A stretch of DNA of 64,000 nt, from the sequence record MN047793.1; one strand, given 5' to 3'. Of the stretch, positions 47,192-55,912 are shown piece after piece; positions within the stretch are counted from its first letter, which is position 1; the number at the start of each line of letters is the position of its first letter. A model generated the notes under the pieces. It was given only the letters and a program-made list of their open reading frames with translations. It was not told the origin of the DNA and searched no databases. Position numbers and translations under genes: made by a program.

Positions 47192-48148
47192 TTAGTGGTT
47201 AATGCCGGCTAGACGCTGAAGATGTAGAGCACCTTCACTTAGTTGTGCCGGGGCTGGTTTTTCTTCTGGTTTAACACCTTCAGAATCGCCAGTTACCAAT
47301 ACAACTGGTTCTTGCACGGGTTCAGCCACTGGGGCTTGCTCACCTTCGGCTAGTACAGGTTCCACAGGAGTGGTACTTTCCTTCTCCGAACTATCTACAC
47401 TTTCGTGTAATACACGACCAATAAACTTCTGGTAGGATTCTTCAAGCTTATCCGTAGGGACAGTCTTTAGAATTGCTTCCATAATTTCGCGAGGGTGACC
47501 CTGTAGTGAAGCTAGGGTTTCATCAAGCTTGGTCTTACGCTCTAAACGAGCAGTTTCTTTTGCAGCTTCAGCAAGCGCTTCATCGCGTGTTGCTAATTCT
47601 TTACGGGCTTCTTCTAGTTGAGCAGTTAGCTCTTCTACACCATTATCAGCAGCAGTGAATTGCTCAACTTCAGACTGGAATGCTTCGAAGATTTTACGAC
47701 CGAGATTGATTTTACGAACTTCGGCAATAGATTCTTTTAGCTCTTCAACTTCTTCAGTTAGGCGCATTTCTAGGAATGTATCTAGACGCTCAACTAATGT
47801 GGTCATATCTTGTTGTACTGCTTCAGCCAACTTTGCACGTTCTGTAACTAATTCAGCGGCCTTTTCAACTTCAAGATCGCGGAACTTTTCGATGTCATCA
47901 CGTAGCTCTTCTAACTGTTCCTTTAACATCTCTTCAACCTTAGTATCGAGGGCTTCAATTAAAGCCTCACGGTCAGCAGCAAACTGCGTAGCGTATTCGA
48001 CAACTAGGGCATCCGTTTTTTCAGCAACTTGACGATTGACTTCAGTATCAACCGCTTCGTTCATTGCAGTCTGGATAGTGTCGGCAAGTTCAGTACGAGC
48101 TTCCTCGTTCAGTACTTCCGATAAAACCTTTTCTAGTAGTTCTTTCAT
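47192..48148 (-). CDS. gp22: Prohead scaffolding/core protein
   Basis: Acidic coiled coil immediately upstream of MCP; GRKIFEAF, KFIGRVL; start ATG 48148 with GGAG. Confidence 0.8.
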   Translation of the reverse strand: MKELLEKVLSEVLNEEARTELADTIQTAMNEAVDTEVNRQVAEKTDALVVEYATQFAADREALIEALDTKVEEMLKEQLEELRDDIEKFRDLEVEKAAELVTERAKLAEAVQQDMTTLVERLDTFLEMRLTEEVEELKESIAEVRKINLGRKIFEAFQSEVEQFTAADNGVEELTAQLEEARKELATRDEALAEAAKETARLERKTKLDETLASLQGHPREIMEAILKTVPTDKLEESYQKFIGRVLHESVDSSEKESTTPVEPVLAEGEQAPVAEPVQEPVVLVTGDSEGVKPEEKPAPAQLSEGALHLQRLAGINH

Positions 48149-48190
48149 AACCTTTTCAACTCCTGATATAATTTGCAAAAATTACCCTAT

Positions 48191-48198
48191 TATTTATA
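48191..48198 (-). promoter_or_regulatory. Late promoter TATAAATA for scaffold-capsid operon
   Basis: Exact consensus upstream of the scaffold gene. Confidence 0.8.
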
Positions 48199-48300
48199 TA
48201 GGCTGAATTTAATTTCATATAATGATATGCATACATATCTAAGTTGTTGTTTTATAAGGTATTTTTATTTGTACAATATTTCAAAAATTATCTTAAGGTG

Positions 48301-48329
48301 TTGATTGTCAAGGATAAATCTGGTATATT
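48301..48329 (+). promoter_or_regulatory. Sigma70-type promoter
   Basis: TTGATT-N17-TATATT with TG extension, upstream of ATG 48352. Confidence 0.55.
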
Positions 48330-48351
48330 CGCCTTAATAAAAGGTATCTAT

Positions 48352-48585
48352 ATGTCAGAATTAAATTCCCGCGCATCACTATTAAGTGCCAAATACATTC
48401 GTCAGGCCAGTCCTGACATGATGTTACCTCCCACTAAAAAACGTGGCTTACAAGCTGAAATCAATAAAATTGATTCAGTTCGTAAAACAATAATTAATAA
48501 CAATATTGATAAAATGGAACTACTAAGGTTCCGTACCGAACTACAGAAATTGGTGTCGGCAACTAATGAATTAATCTCAGGCTGA
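48352..48585 (+). CDS. Hypothetical protein
   Basis: MSELNSR start with AAGG SD; 77 aa. Confidence 0.55.
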   Translation: MSELNSRASLLSAKYIRQASPDMMLPPTKKRGLQAEINKIDSVRKTIINNNIDKMELLRFRTELQKLVSATNELISG

Positions 48586-48610
48586 TCTAAATATTCCACT
48601 ACGGTGAAAT

Positions 48611-48877
48611 ATGATTAGTCTAAAAGATTACACGGAGTTATTACGTATTATAGAAATTGATATTAAAGATGCTGATCCGCACACAGCATATAATGTTGCA
48701 AAAGAGTTATCGGTCATTTACCTAAAATGTACGTACTCTATAAGTCAACCTAACTTAATTTCTAGGTTGACCAGTTTAAGCGGATATCTCACTAAAACAT
48801 GTCCTCATGAAAGTGATATTGCTAACATGCTTCTTTTGGATATTATTGAGAAGATAAAAAAAGAAAACGCTGCTTAG
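48611..48877 (+). CDS. Hypothetical protein
   Basis: 88 aa; ends inside the terminator hairpin. Confidence 0.55.
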   Translation: MISLKDYTELLRIIEIDIKDADPHTAYNVAKELSVIYLKCTYSISQPNLISRLTSLSGYLTKTCPHESDIANMLLLDIIEKIKKENAA

Positions 48878-48900
48878 TATTTCAACTTAAGCAGCGTTTT
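48864..48900. terminator. Bidirectional terminator
   Basis: AAAACGCTGCTTA...TAAGCAGCGTTTT between convergent genes. Confidence 0.75.
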
Positions 48901-48916
48901 TAAAAAATTACTAGTT

Positions 48917-49627
48917 TTACTTACTAATATTTCTAGAATAAAATTCATCCATAAGTACAGTTATATACGTACTCACATGATGATACTTCGTGCAGTTCAA
49001 GAATTTTACTTTTGGTTTGATCCAGAATTCTGGCTTAGCTCTGCTCCATCCTGCAAAGAAAAAGCTTGGTGGAAGGTTAGGTACGAAGTCACCTAAGACT
49101 CTATAGCCTAAGTAATTTACTGAATCCAATAACTTTTCATTGAAGAATACTAACGGGGAAGCAAAGGCAATTGCGCAGGCTTTATAGTGTTCGGCAGCAA
49201 TTAATGCTAAAGCACCGCCTAATGAGTGTCCAGTGAATATAACAGACTTATTCACAGAAATTAATTCAGAAATCACTTTGTCACAATCAGCAAAAGCCAT
49301 CACGAACCCACGATGTGCCTTTTTACCAGATTTAGTTTTCTTTGGAATAAAATTTAGTGCCCTTTTGGTATTGGACCATAAAGAGAATTCTGTCCCACGG
49401 AAAGCAATAAATTCCTGTCCCATGTATTTTACATAAATGAACTTCAACCCATTAATCTCTACAACAGTCAATGTAGTTATGTTAAGTTCTTTACATATCT
49501 TCTCGATAAATTCATTACTGAAATATACTAGAACAGATAATAGTAATGATACACCATTAACGTCTAGCTTATCTTGAGCTAAAATATGTTTGTACAATTT
49601 GCGAAACGAAAGTAGACGGGCGTCCAT
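48917..49627 (-). CDS. Class 3 lipase / alpha-beta hydrolase
   Basis: AFRGTE, AHRGF, FTGHSLGG nucleophile elbow, GDFVPNLP, C-terminal His. Confidence 0.85.
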   Translation of the reverse strand: MDARLLSFRKLYKHILAQDKLDVNGVSLLLSVLVYFSNEFIEKICKELNITTLTVVEINGLKFIYVKYMGQEFIAFRGTEFSLWSNTKRALNFIPKKTKSGKKAHRGFVMAFADCDKVISELISVNKSVIFTGHSLGGALALIAAEHYKACAIAFASPLVFFNEKLLDSVNYLGYRVLGDFVPNLPPSFFFAGWSRAKPEFWIKPKVKFLNCTKYHHVSTYITVLMDEFYSRNISK

Positions 49628-49657
49628 GATTTATCCTCATAAGGTATATCTTATGTA

Positions 49658-49945
49658 TCAAAAATGACGGTCTATATCTGATAGAAATTCTTCGCAGATG
49701 GTCTTGAAATATTCAATATCGGAAGTGCTTAGAGTGGAGCCGTAAGGTAATCCAGATACTGCTTTATTATTCGACATAAGCTTCTTCAATGTCACATAGT
49801 CATAGATTACTTGATCGTCAGCCTTAATATGCCATACAATTAATCTTTGATAATCTTTGGTAGCAGCAAACGCTTTGTCCCAATACGTATACCAGTCAGA
49901 AGTTTTAAACTCTGAATATACTTGATATGTGATATCTTTATTCAT
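49658..49945 (-). CDS. Hypothetical protein
   Basis: 95 aa, TAATG-coupled. Confidence 0.55.
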   Translation of the reverse strand: MNKDITYQVYSEFKTSDWYTYWDKAFAATKDYQRLIVWHIKADDQVIYDYVTLKKLMSNNKAVSGLPYGSTLSTSDIEYFKTICEEFLSDIDRHF

Positions 49946-50145
49946 TATGCGTCTTGTGTATAGTGATTAATTTTGCCACATGATTGACATGTACGAGTAT
50001 ATACATTTTCTACCCTATATGGTGGCTCATTTGTATAGAATGCATTCCTAGACCAATAGACATCAGTACTTTTCAAAAGCGTTGATTTACCCCAGACGTG
50101 CCATCCAAATTTACATAACAATTGCGATGATCTACTAAATTGCAT
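49945..50145 (-). CDS. Small Cys/His protein
   Basis: Start re-set to ATG 50145; LLCKFGWHVW...RTCQSCGK, a pattern common in small phage proteins. Confidence 0.6.
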   Translation of the reverse strand: MQFSRSSQLLCKFGWHVWGKSTLLKSTDVYWSRNAFYTNEPPYRVENVYTRTCQSCGKINHYTQDA

Positions 50146-50302
50146 CACTGACCTCAACGGCAGTATCAGCCTGATGGTCTTCACATGATTTATGTGTACC
50201 ATTAAAACATGATTCACACCAATGTTTAACCATCCATAATGTAGGTCTCAAGATATCAATTGCACCTACTACAGCCATAATTTCTTGCGGACAAATATGC
50301 AT
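50135..50302 (-). CDS. Small hypothetical protein (55 aa, not in ORF track)
   Basis: MHICPQEIMAVVGAIDILRPTLWMVKHWCESCFNGTHKSCEDH...; GGAAG SD; overlaps next start. Confidence 0.55.
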   Translation of the reverse strand: MHICPQEIMAVVGAIDILRPTLWMVKHWCESCFNGTHKSCEDHQADTAVEVSDAI

Positions 50303-50318
50303 AATCGCTTCCAAATAG

Positions 50319-50340
50319 CTTCTCCCCTTTCGGGGAGAAG
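50319..50340 (-). terminator. Hairpin with GAAA loop after groES
   Basis: CTTCTCCCC-GAAA-GGGGAGAAG. Confidence 0.55.
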
Positions 50341-50348
50341 ATTAATTT

Positions 50349-50660
50349 TTACAGTTTAAAGTCTTTAACCAATACCGCAAACACGTCATCAGTTCGTACC
50401 ATTCGATGAGTCTTGTCTAGTTCAACGCCAGTACTAATACTAATCAGTACAGTGTCTCCAACCTTGATTCCTGTTGGAATATATGAACCAGTCTTATCAC
50501 ACCACTTACCGGGACCAACGTCCAGCACTAGCGCATTTACGGTGGGGGAGATGGATTGTGGGTCTTGGATCAACAGGAGTCCGCTGGCAGTCTGTGTCTG
50601 CTTTGTACGTTCTTCTACTTGAAGAATTACGGAGTCTCCAAGAGCTTTATACTGGGTCAT
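50349..50660 (-). CDS. groES: GroES co-chaperonin
   Basis: KALGDSVIL, TASGLLL, VLDVGPGK, IKVGDTVL, DDVFAVL. Confidence 0.88.
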   Translation of the reverse strand: MTQYKALGDSVILQVEERTKQTQTASGLLLIQDPQSISPTVNALVLDVGPGKWCDKTGSYIPTGIKVGDTVLISISTGVELDKTHRMVRTDDVFAVLVKDFKL

Positions 50661-50848
50661 ACTAGTTCTCCTGTGACTGGTGCGGAATCTTCTGCGCGAT
50701 ACATGACATCTGACAGTACAGTTTCCATTGTTGTTACAACTTCACGCAATTTACCCTTTTCGGTAGCGGTAAGAGCGTTAAAATTTCTTTTTGATGCCGG
50801 GGATTCGCGATTTAATTTACGAAGCATCTTTGCCATTTTACCATTCAT
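50657..50848 (-). CDS. Hypothetical protein
   Basis: 63 aa with GAGG SD, coupled to groES. Confidence 0.6.
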   Translation of the reverse strand: MNGKMAKMLRKLNRESPASKRNFNALTATEKGKLREVVTTMETVLSDVMYRAEDSAPVTGELV

Positions 50849-50889
50849 ATAATTTCCTCAATTAAGTTAATAGTCTATCAGAACAATCA

Positions 50890-51396
50890 TCATAAATCAA
50901 CATATTGTTTAATTATGTTAACATCATTTGATAAAGTAAGGTGACCATTATGATCCCTAAACCATCCAAACTGTGCATCAGTTTTATTACCATACACCAA
51001 TACTTGCATCACTTTATTTCTACTATCATAATCATAAAGTTTTAGCATAGATTTATTGGATACAGGCATAACCATTATGTAGTTAGGAGCAGTTTTAGTC
51101 TTTTTGTGGATATCAGTTAGATTAAGCTTCATTATCCGCATCATATACTCATCTTTCCGATATTCTGTTTTCGGAACACCAGTTATAGAAGTAATAACCG
51201 TCAATAATTCATCACAGACATCCAATACACTTAATCTCGTAGCTCTATTCTTTACTAAAATTAACTGACATACTGCCGTTAATTCGAGTTGATAGAAATC
51301 TAATACAAATTGAGGTAGATGGTGATGTGAGGTACTAAAGTATTTTTGTGCATACGTAAAATATGCCTCTTTCTCGGATAATGAGAGTTTAATCAT
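50890..51396 (-). CDS. Hypothetical protein
   Basis: 168 aa, ATGA-coupled to the SLOG gene. Confidence 0.55.
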   Translation of the reverse strand: MIKLSLSEKEAYFTYAQKYFSTSHHHLPQFVLDFYQLELTAVCQLILVKNRATRLSVLDVCDELLTVITSITGVPKTEYRKDEYMMRIMKLNLTDIHKKTKTAPNYIMVMPVSNKSMLKLYDYDSRNKVMQVLVYGNKTDAQFGWFRDHNGHLTLSNDVNIIKQYVDL

Positions 51397-51938
51397 CGTG
51401 CGCCAGCTAATAGATAAAAGTTTTCGAAAGCATCCATGTATCGTCCAGTAGTGACACTACCTAAATTTAGACATGGAACGTTGTACTTTTTGGCTAACTT
51501 AATTGCTGTGGCCGTTCCGCCTGTCAGGAGTCCGCCAGGAGTCCAGCATATCACAAACTTACTAGGAGTATCTAACGTCTTACCAAGTATTTGATATACA
51601 TTGCGTCCATGAAGTCGCTGCCCTTGACAGTTGTTATATAACATCTTTGGGGAATCCCACTTAGGATGTACAGACTTTGCGATAGCTAATGCCTTATCGC
51701 ACACTCCATATAGTGGAGACTGATGGCCTTTAAATCCCTGTTCAATGATGTAGATGCGCTTATTGTCTGGATTAATTATTCCATTTTCAAAGAATCTATC
51801 AGCGCCCCTAGCACCTCCAGAACGTAATATATAACCCTCACTTTCTAGAAAAGTAGATATACGGGTCATCACTGTTCCTACCTCTTCCGGAGTCTCACGT
51901 GATCCTATCCCTGCAAAATATTCAGCATCATCCATCAT
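51393..51938 (-). CDS. SLOG-superfamily protein (DprA/Smf/YspA-like)
   Basis: FAGIGSRETP, LRSGGARGADRFFE, RNVYQILG, VICWTP, GGTATAI. Confidence 0.8.
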   Translation of the reverse strand: MMDDAEYFAGIGSRETPEEVGTVMTRISTFLESEGYILRSGGARGADRFFENGIINPDNKRIYIIEQGFKGHQSPLYGVCDKALAIAKSVHPKWDSPKMLYNNCQGQRLHGRNVYQILGKTLDTPSKFVICWTPGGLLTGGTATAIKLAKKYNVPCLNLGSVTTGRYMDAFENFYLLAGAR

Positions 51939-52360
51939 TTCAGTAATACCGATATCCAACTGACATTACCACGTAATACTGCATTAAGAAAGATTTCTGC
52001 TTCTATATCTAAATTTACATTACGAATATTATGTAATGGCATTTGGAAAATTTGTTCATCTTCCATCGTTTTAATAGAATCAAACTGAGTATTAGGCAGT
52101 TTGATATACATGAATAGTACTGACATATCCACTGACTGGCTCTGAAGTATTCCAATATGTTGCCAGTCTTGGGGATCAGTACTTACTCCACACTCTTCGG
52201 CAAACTCACGGGCCATAGCCTCATTAGGTGAATTATCGGTGTCTTCTATTTTCCCACCAAGTCCGTTATATTTTCCAGCAAGAAATTTTGGCCGGTTCTT
52301 TAAAACCAACGCCACTTTCTTCATATCATAATCAAACGCAAATCCGCACACATAATTCAT
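51935..52360 (-). CDS. Nudix hydrolase
   Basis: GGKIE...EAMAREFAEECG Nudix box. Confidence 0.9.
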   Translation of the reverse strand: MNYVCGFAFDYDMKKVALVLKNRPKFLAGKYNGLGGKIEDTDNSPNEAMAREFAEECGVSTDPQDWQHIGILQSQSVDMSVLFMYIKLPNTQFDSIKTMEDEQIFQMPLHNIRNVNLDIEAEIFLNAVLRGNVSWISVLLK

Positions 52361-52896
52361 AGAGCATTTCCTAAAGGGTCTTCTTCACTGCCAAACAATT
52401 CTAGTGCCTTACTATAATTCTCATACGAGAATCCATTATAAGGGTCAGTTTGGATAAATCTTTTATGTTGATGGTCATGGAAGTCATAGCTATCATCAAC
52501 AATAATATACTGAAAATTGGTAATACCTACTGTATGGCTGTCGATCCATGCCTGGATTTCGTCCCCACGAAATCCATTATCGTGACGGCCAGTAACACCT
52601 ATGATGCGTTCATCTGGTCCACTAGACCAACCAAATTCCGTATGGAAAATTTTCCGAATATCATTAATGTTTATGGCTTTACGCCATGCAGATGACACTA
52701 CAATATAAGCATCGAGTTTATTACAAATCTGCCAGATTAACTTTACAGCCACAGGGTCAAATCCTGATGCAATCTTATGTCCTGCCAGGATGGCATGTTT
52801 AGCCTGCAATGCGTTAACACATTTCTGGTCAGCTACGACACTTCGTACTGAATTAATAACTCCATCAAAATCGAGGAAGATAATTTTCTTTTTCAT
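52357..52896 (-). CDS. HAD-family phosphatase (Swiss Army Knife RNA-repair-like type)
   Basis: IFLDFDGVIN, VVSSAWR, RGDEI, IIVDD, TDPYNGF. Confidence 0.8.
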   Translation of the reverse strand: MKKKIIFLDFDGVINSVRSVVADQKCVNALQAKHAILAGHKIASGFDPVAVKLIWQICNKLDAYIVVSSAWRKAININDIRKIFHTEFGWSSGPDERIIGVTGRHDNGFRGDEIQAWIDSHTVGITNFQYIIVDDSYDFHDHQHKRFIQTDPYNGFSYENYSKALELFGSEEDPLGNAL

Positions 52897-53333
52897 TGTA
52901 AGAATCCATCACGTACTTTCATAATAATTTTACCTAAATGGTTTTGTCCCACTCCATTACAGATACCCCAATACACATCACCCCATGTGTTTCCTTCAAG
53001 AATCAGCATACCTCTAGTGTCTAGAAGTTTTTGTCTTAAAGTATCATTGGATGCATATTTCTCCCGAGTGAACTGTTCCATCAGAATGAGTTTTACATCA
53101 TCCCAATCTGGACGTACTGTAATCCTTCCACCTTTTTCTATAGGTTTACCATATGACTTTGCCTTGCCCGGCGTTTCCGCAGACATGATTAGTAGGTAAT
53201 CTTGTAGATTGGTAGTTTTAGCAGCCTGATAGTAATGCTCTACCGACAATAGTCTAGTATAATCATGAATCCAAAAGTTAGATAACCATCGGTTCTCACC
53301 ACTAAACTCTGCAATTATTGATGTGTACTTCAT
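52893..53333 (-). CDS. NADAR family protein (YbiA / T4 gp30.3-like)
   Basis: WLSNFW, SVEHYYQAAK, AKSYG, WDDVK, EGNTWGDVYWG, GQNHLGKIIMKVR. Confidence 0.9.
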   Translation of the reverse strand: MKYTSIIAEFSGENRWLSNFWIHDYTRLLSVEHYYQAAKTTNLQDYLLIMSAETPGKAKSYGKPIEKGGRITVRPDWDDVKLILMEQFTREKYASNDTLRQKLLDTRGMLILEGNTWGDVYWGICNGVGQNHLGKIIMKVRDGFLQ

Positions 53334-53399
53334 TTTCTGTACAAAACCTATGAGTTAGATAAATATGATAATACCATAACTGGACATAAAGGACAACCC

Positions 53400-53978
53400 A
53401 TGAAATTGCTACAAGAACTACATTCTGACAACCTACTACAACAACTAGAAAGAAATATCAATTTTCTTGAAGCTGAGCGTAATGAACTTCTTACATATGA
53501 AGTCCGTATTGTAGAATTCGGTCATGATGAGAATACACTTAACCAAATCTTAAATGATGCTGAACGAAGAATTGAAGCAGCCCGCCGTGGTATGTCCTTA
53601 GCTAGTAAAATTAAAGACCCTGCCGAACGTAAACTTCATATCAGTAAGATGATGAGTCATCTTAACCGCACTCGTACGTTACTAGATCGTGTAGTTAAAG
53701 AATTCTTCCCTGAAAAGCCGGGTGCCGAATCTACGGGTACTCAGACTGGTAGTTCCGATGAATATCTAACCCCACAACAAGCTGCTGAAACTTTAGGGGT
53801 TCATACCAGCAAACTCCAATCATTAGTGTCATCAGGTAAATTAAAGATGTATAACGATGGTGGTAGATGGGCACTTAAGGGTTCAGAAGTTCAAGCCATG
53901 CTTAATGGTGGTGCTAGTGCAAAGCCGCAACCCGGCTCTACCAGTAACAGAGCTAATTTCATGCAATATGTTAAATAA
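53400..53978 (+). CDS. Late protein with N-terminal helical domain and C-terminal excisionase-like HTH
   Basis: YLTPQQAAETLGVHTSKLQSLVSSGKL...GGRWAL; GATAAATA at 53358..53365. Confidence 0.7.
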   Translation: MKLLQELHSDNLLQQLERNINFLEAERNELLTYEVRIVEFGHDENTLNQILNDAERRIEAARRGMSLASKIKDPAERKLHISKMMSHLNRTRTLLDRVVKEFFPEKPGAESTGTQTGSSDEYLTPQQAAETLGVHTSKLQSLVSSGKLKMYNDGGRWALKGSEVQAMLNGGASAKPQPGSTSNRANFMQYVK

Positions 53979-54007
53979 AATAAACCCGCCTTTGGCGGGT
54001 TTATTTT
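53977..54007. terminator. Bidirectional terminator
   Basis: AAAATAAACCCGCC-TTT-GGCGGGTTTATTTT. Confidence 0.85.
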
Positions 54008-54192
54008 TAGTACTGACCGTTATTTTTGAACCAATTGCCTTTAAGGGTAATCCCTGAAGCATATACACGGTTATCTCTAACCATTGGTGCATCTTCTTCA
54101 CAATCACATTTCTGCGAATTCTCTGTGGATGATGTCACCAAACGGTCTTTTTCCGTTTGGCATTTGGTACAAATATAAGTAAAAATAGGCAT
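54007..54192 (-). CDS. FmdB-like zinc ribbon protein
   Basis: MPIFTYICTKC...CDC...ITLKGNW; GGAG SD; CTAAATA at 54212..54218. Confidence 0.75.
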   Translation of the reverse strand: MPIFTYICTKCQTEKDRLVTSSTENSQKCDCEEDAPMVRDNRVYASGITLKGNWFKNNGQY

Positions 54193-54222
54193 CACAAATC
54201 TCCAAAAAGACTATTTAGAATT

Positions 54223-54789
54223 TCATTTTGCGAATTCATTTACTTGTTTACGAGAATCCATAAAGCTTTTAACCTCTTCATATGCCAGTGGGCGGTATGG
54301 GGCATATCCTAGAACGAACGGCGCGTCTACACCAACGTCTACGGACTTACCATAGGGTTCCATAGTTCCATGACAATGACCATGAAGCTGCCATCCACCA
54401 TGTGCTGAATAGTTCCATGAACGGCCAGGAAAATGGTCTAGAACAATCTTCTGTTTGTCCACACTCAGTACCTTACGCTCGTACATACTTTCGAACAGAC
54501 CTCGTTCTACTAGGAACTCTCGGTTCTTCTTAAGTAGATGGCAGTGATTACCAAATACAGCATGCTTGTGTCCATTAAGTCGTGATAGAACGTCAACTAC
54601 CTTTTCCATGTTGGACAAAAATGTGAAGTCTCCTAATTGCCACACGGTATCCTGTGGTTTGACTACCTCGTTCCAAGCTTTGATTAGGCCTTCATTCATA
54701 TCATCAACATCCGTGAACGGACGGTTACTATGCTTGATAGAGTTGGCATGCCCAAAATGTAAATCGGATGTAAAAAATAGAGATGACAT
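54223..54789 (-). CDS. Calcineurin-like metallophosphoesterase
   Basis: FTSDLHFGH, LGDF, GNH, DHFP, LHGHCH. Confidence 0.88.
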   Translation of the reverse strand: MSSLFFTSDLHFGHANSIKHSNRPFTDVDDMNEGLIKAWNEVVKPQDTVWQLGDFTFLSNMEKVVDVLSRLNGHKHAVFGNHCHLLKKNREFLVERGLFESMYERKVLSVDKQKIVLDHFPGRSWNYSAHGGWQLHGHCHGTMEPYGKSVDVGVDAPFVLGYAPYRPLAYEEVKSFMDSRKQVNEFAK

Positions 54790-54791
54790 AA

Positions 54792-55388
54792 TTATATACA
54801 GTGGTTGAATAAATGTGAGATTTTATTATAGCATACTACTCGATCAAATGTAAAGGTCTTTGGCATAGATTTCCATACCTTTTCTAACTTATAAGGCTCT
54901 TTGCCTGGAGTGTACCATACTCGGTGATCACGCATAAAAAAGTAGAACATGGTGTATGCATTAGCTTTCTGAATGTATTCAGGAATGTTTACATCCACAT
55001 TCCATTCTTTAAATTGTGCTACTGTCCGACGTTCGCAATCAATTTCGACATTGTAGTAGGCTACTACAGATTTATCTAAATCTTTTTCAGTGAAACCGTC
55101 TTGTCCATTAATCCAATCCCAAATTTTACTATTGTTCTCAAGTGCTTCCCATACTGCCGCCCTTTCAAGGTACTGCCGCATATGGGAGAATTCATGAACC
55201 AATAGTTCTAAATTCCCACCCTTGGCAATAGCCAGGGTGGGTGTGGCTCCGTCTACTCCTGGGTCAAAATATCCATTAGATTTAATCCCATCCTGTAATG
55301 CGACGGTCTTTCCTCTACCTTGATAGAATCTAATTCCGTTTTCTTTACATTCTTGTTTTACTAGACGCTTAACTTCATCAAATTGCAT
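54792..55388 (-). CDS. Hypothetical protein with HExxH motif (zincin-like)
   Basis: LLVHEFSHMRQ, downstream EIDCE. Confidence 0.6.
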   Translation of the reverse strand: MQFDEVKRLVKQECKENGIRFYQGRGKTVALQDGIKSNGYFDPGVDGATPTLAIAKGGNLELLVHEFSHMRQYLERAAVWEALENNSKIWDWINGQDGFTEKDLDKSVVAYYNVEIDCERRTVAQFKEWNVDVNIPEYIQKANAYTMFYFFMRDHRVWYTPGKEPYKLEKVWKSMPKTFTFDRVVCYNKISHLFNHCI

Positions 55389-55401
55389 TTAAATCCTAAT
55401 A

Positions 55402-55785
55402 TTACAATAGTGGGTATTTCTTGGTATACGGGTCCAAAATTTCTGAACTATGTGGACCAATGGCGATACACGTATTCGTCGGTACACCATTGAATACCGT
55501 ATGTCCATTGTCAGTGATTAGACTAACACGAAGTCCAGCAGCTTTCACCTTCTCATAAAGCTCAATAAGTTTCTTTTCGCTTTTTACTGATACTGCAATC
55601 TTAGTAAATGAGCCAGTTATCCATTCCTTAAGGTCAGGGTCCTCTAATCCAAGACATAGGCTATCTTCGACTCTCCGCATAGAGTCCAACAACACCTTCA
55701 TCGAAGCATGGGCCGCTTGGGCCGCTATCTTTCCCGGACCCATACCCAAATCAGTTCTCACGACTATAATTTGTTTCACACTCAT
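55402..55785 (-). CDS. pth2: Peptidyl-tRNA hydrolase, Pth2 type
   Basis: KQIIVVRTDLGMGPGKIAAQAAHAS, TKIAV, ITDNGHT, TCIAIGP. Confidence 0.92.
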   Translation of the reverse strand: MSVKQIIVVRTDLGMGPGKIAAQAAHASMKVLLDSMRRVEDSLCLGLEDPDLKEWITGSFTKIAVSVKSEKKLIELYEKVKAAGLRVSLITDNGHTVFNGVPTNTCIAIGPHSSEILDPYTKKYPLL

Positions 55786-55809
55786 AACACACTCCTTTGA
55801 CGATTTAGC

Positions 55810-55838
55810 ATAATACCACAATCACTCAGGCTTGACAA
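55810..55838 (-). promoter_or_regulatory. Sigma70-type promoter for the pth2 operon
   Basis: TTGTCA-N17-TATTAT with TG extension on the minus strand. Confidence 0.65.
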
Positions 55839-55871
55839 ACGTAAAAATGTGGCTAGACTTTGGTCCTACGT

Positions 55872-55879
55872 TATAAATA
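55872..55879 (+). promoter_or_regulatory. Late promoter TATAAATA
   Basis: Exact consensus upstream of ATG 55913. Confidence 0.75.
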
Positions 55880-55912
55880 CCTAAAACGCTATTCCAACAG
55901 GACACCATATAA

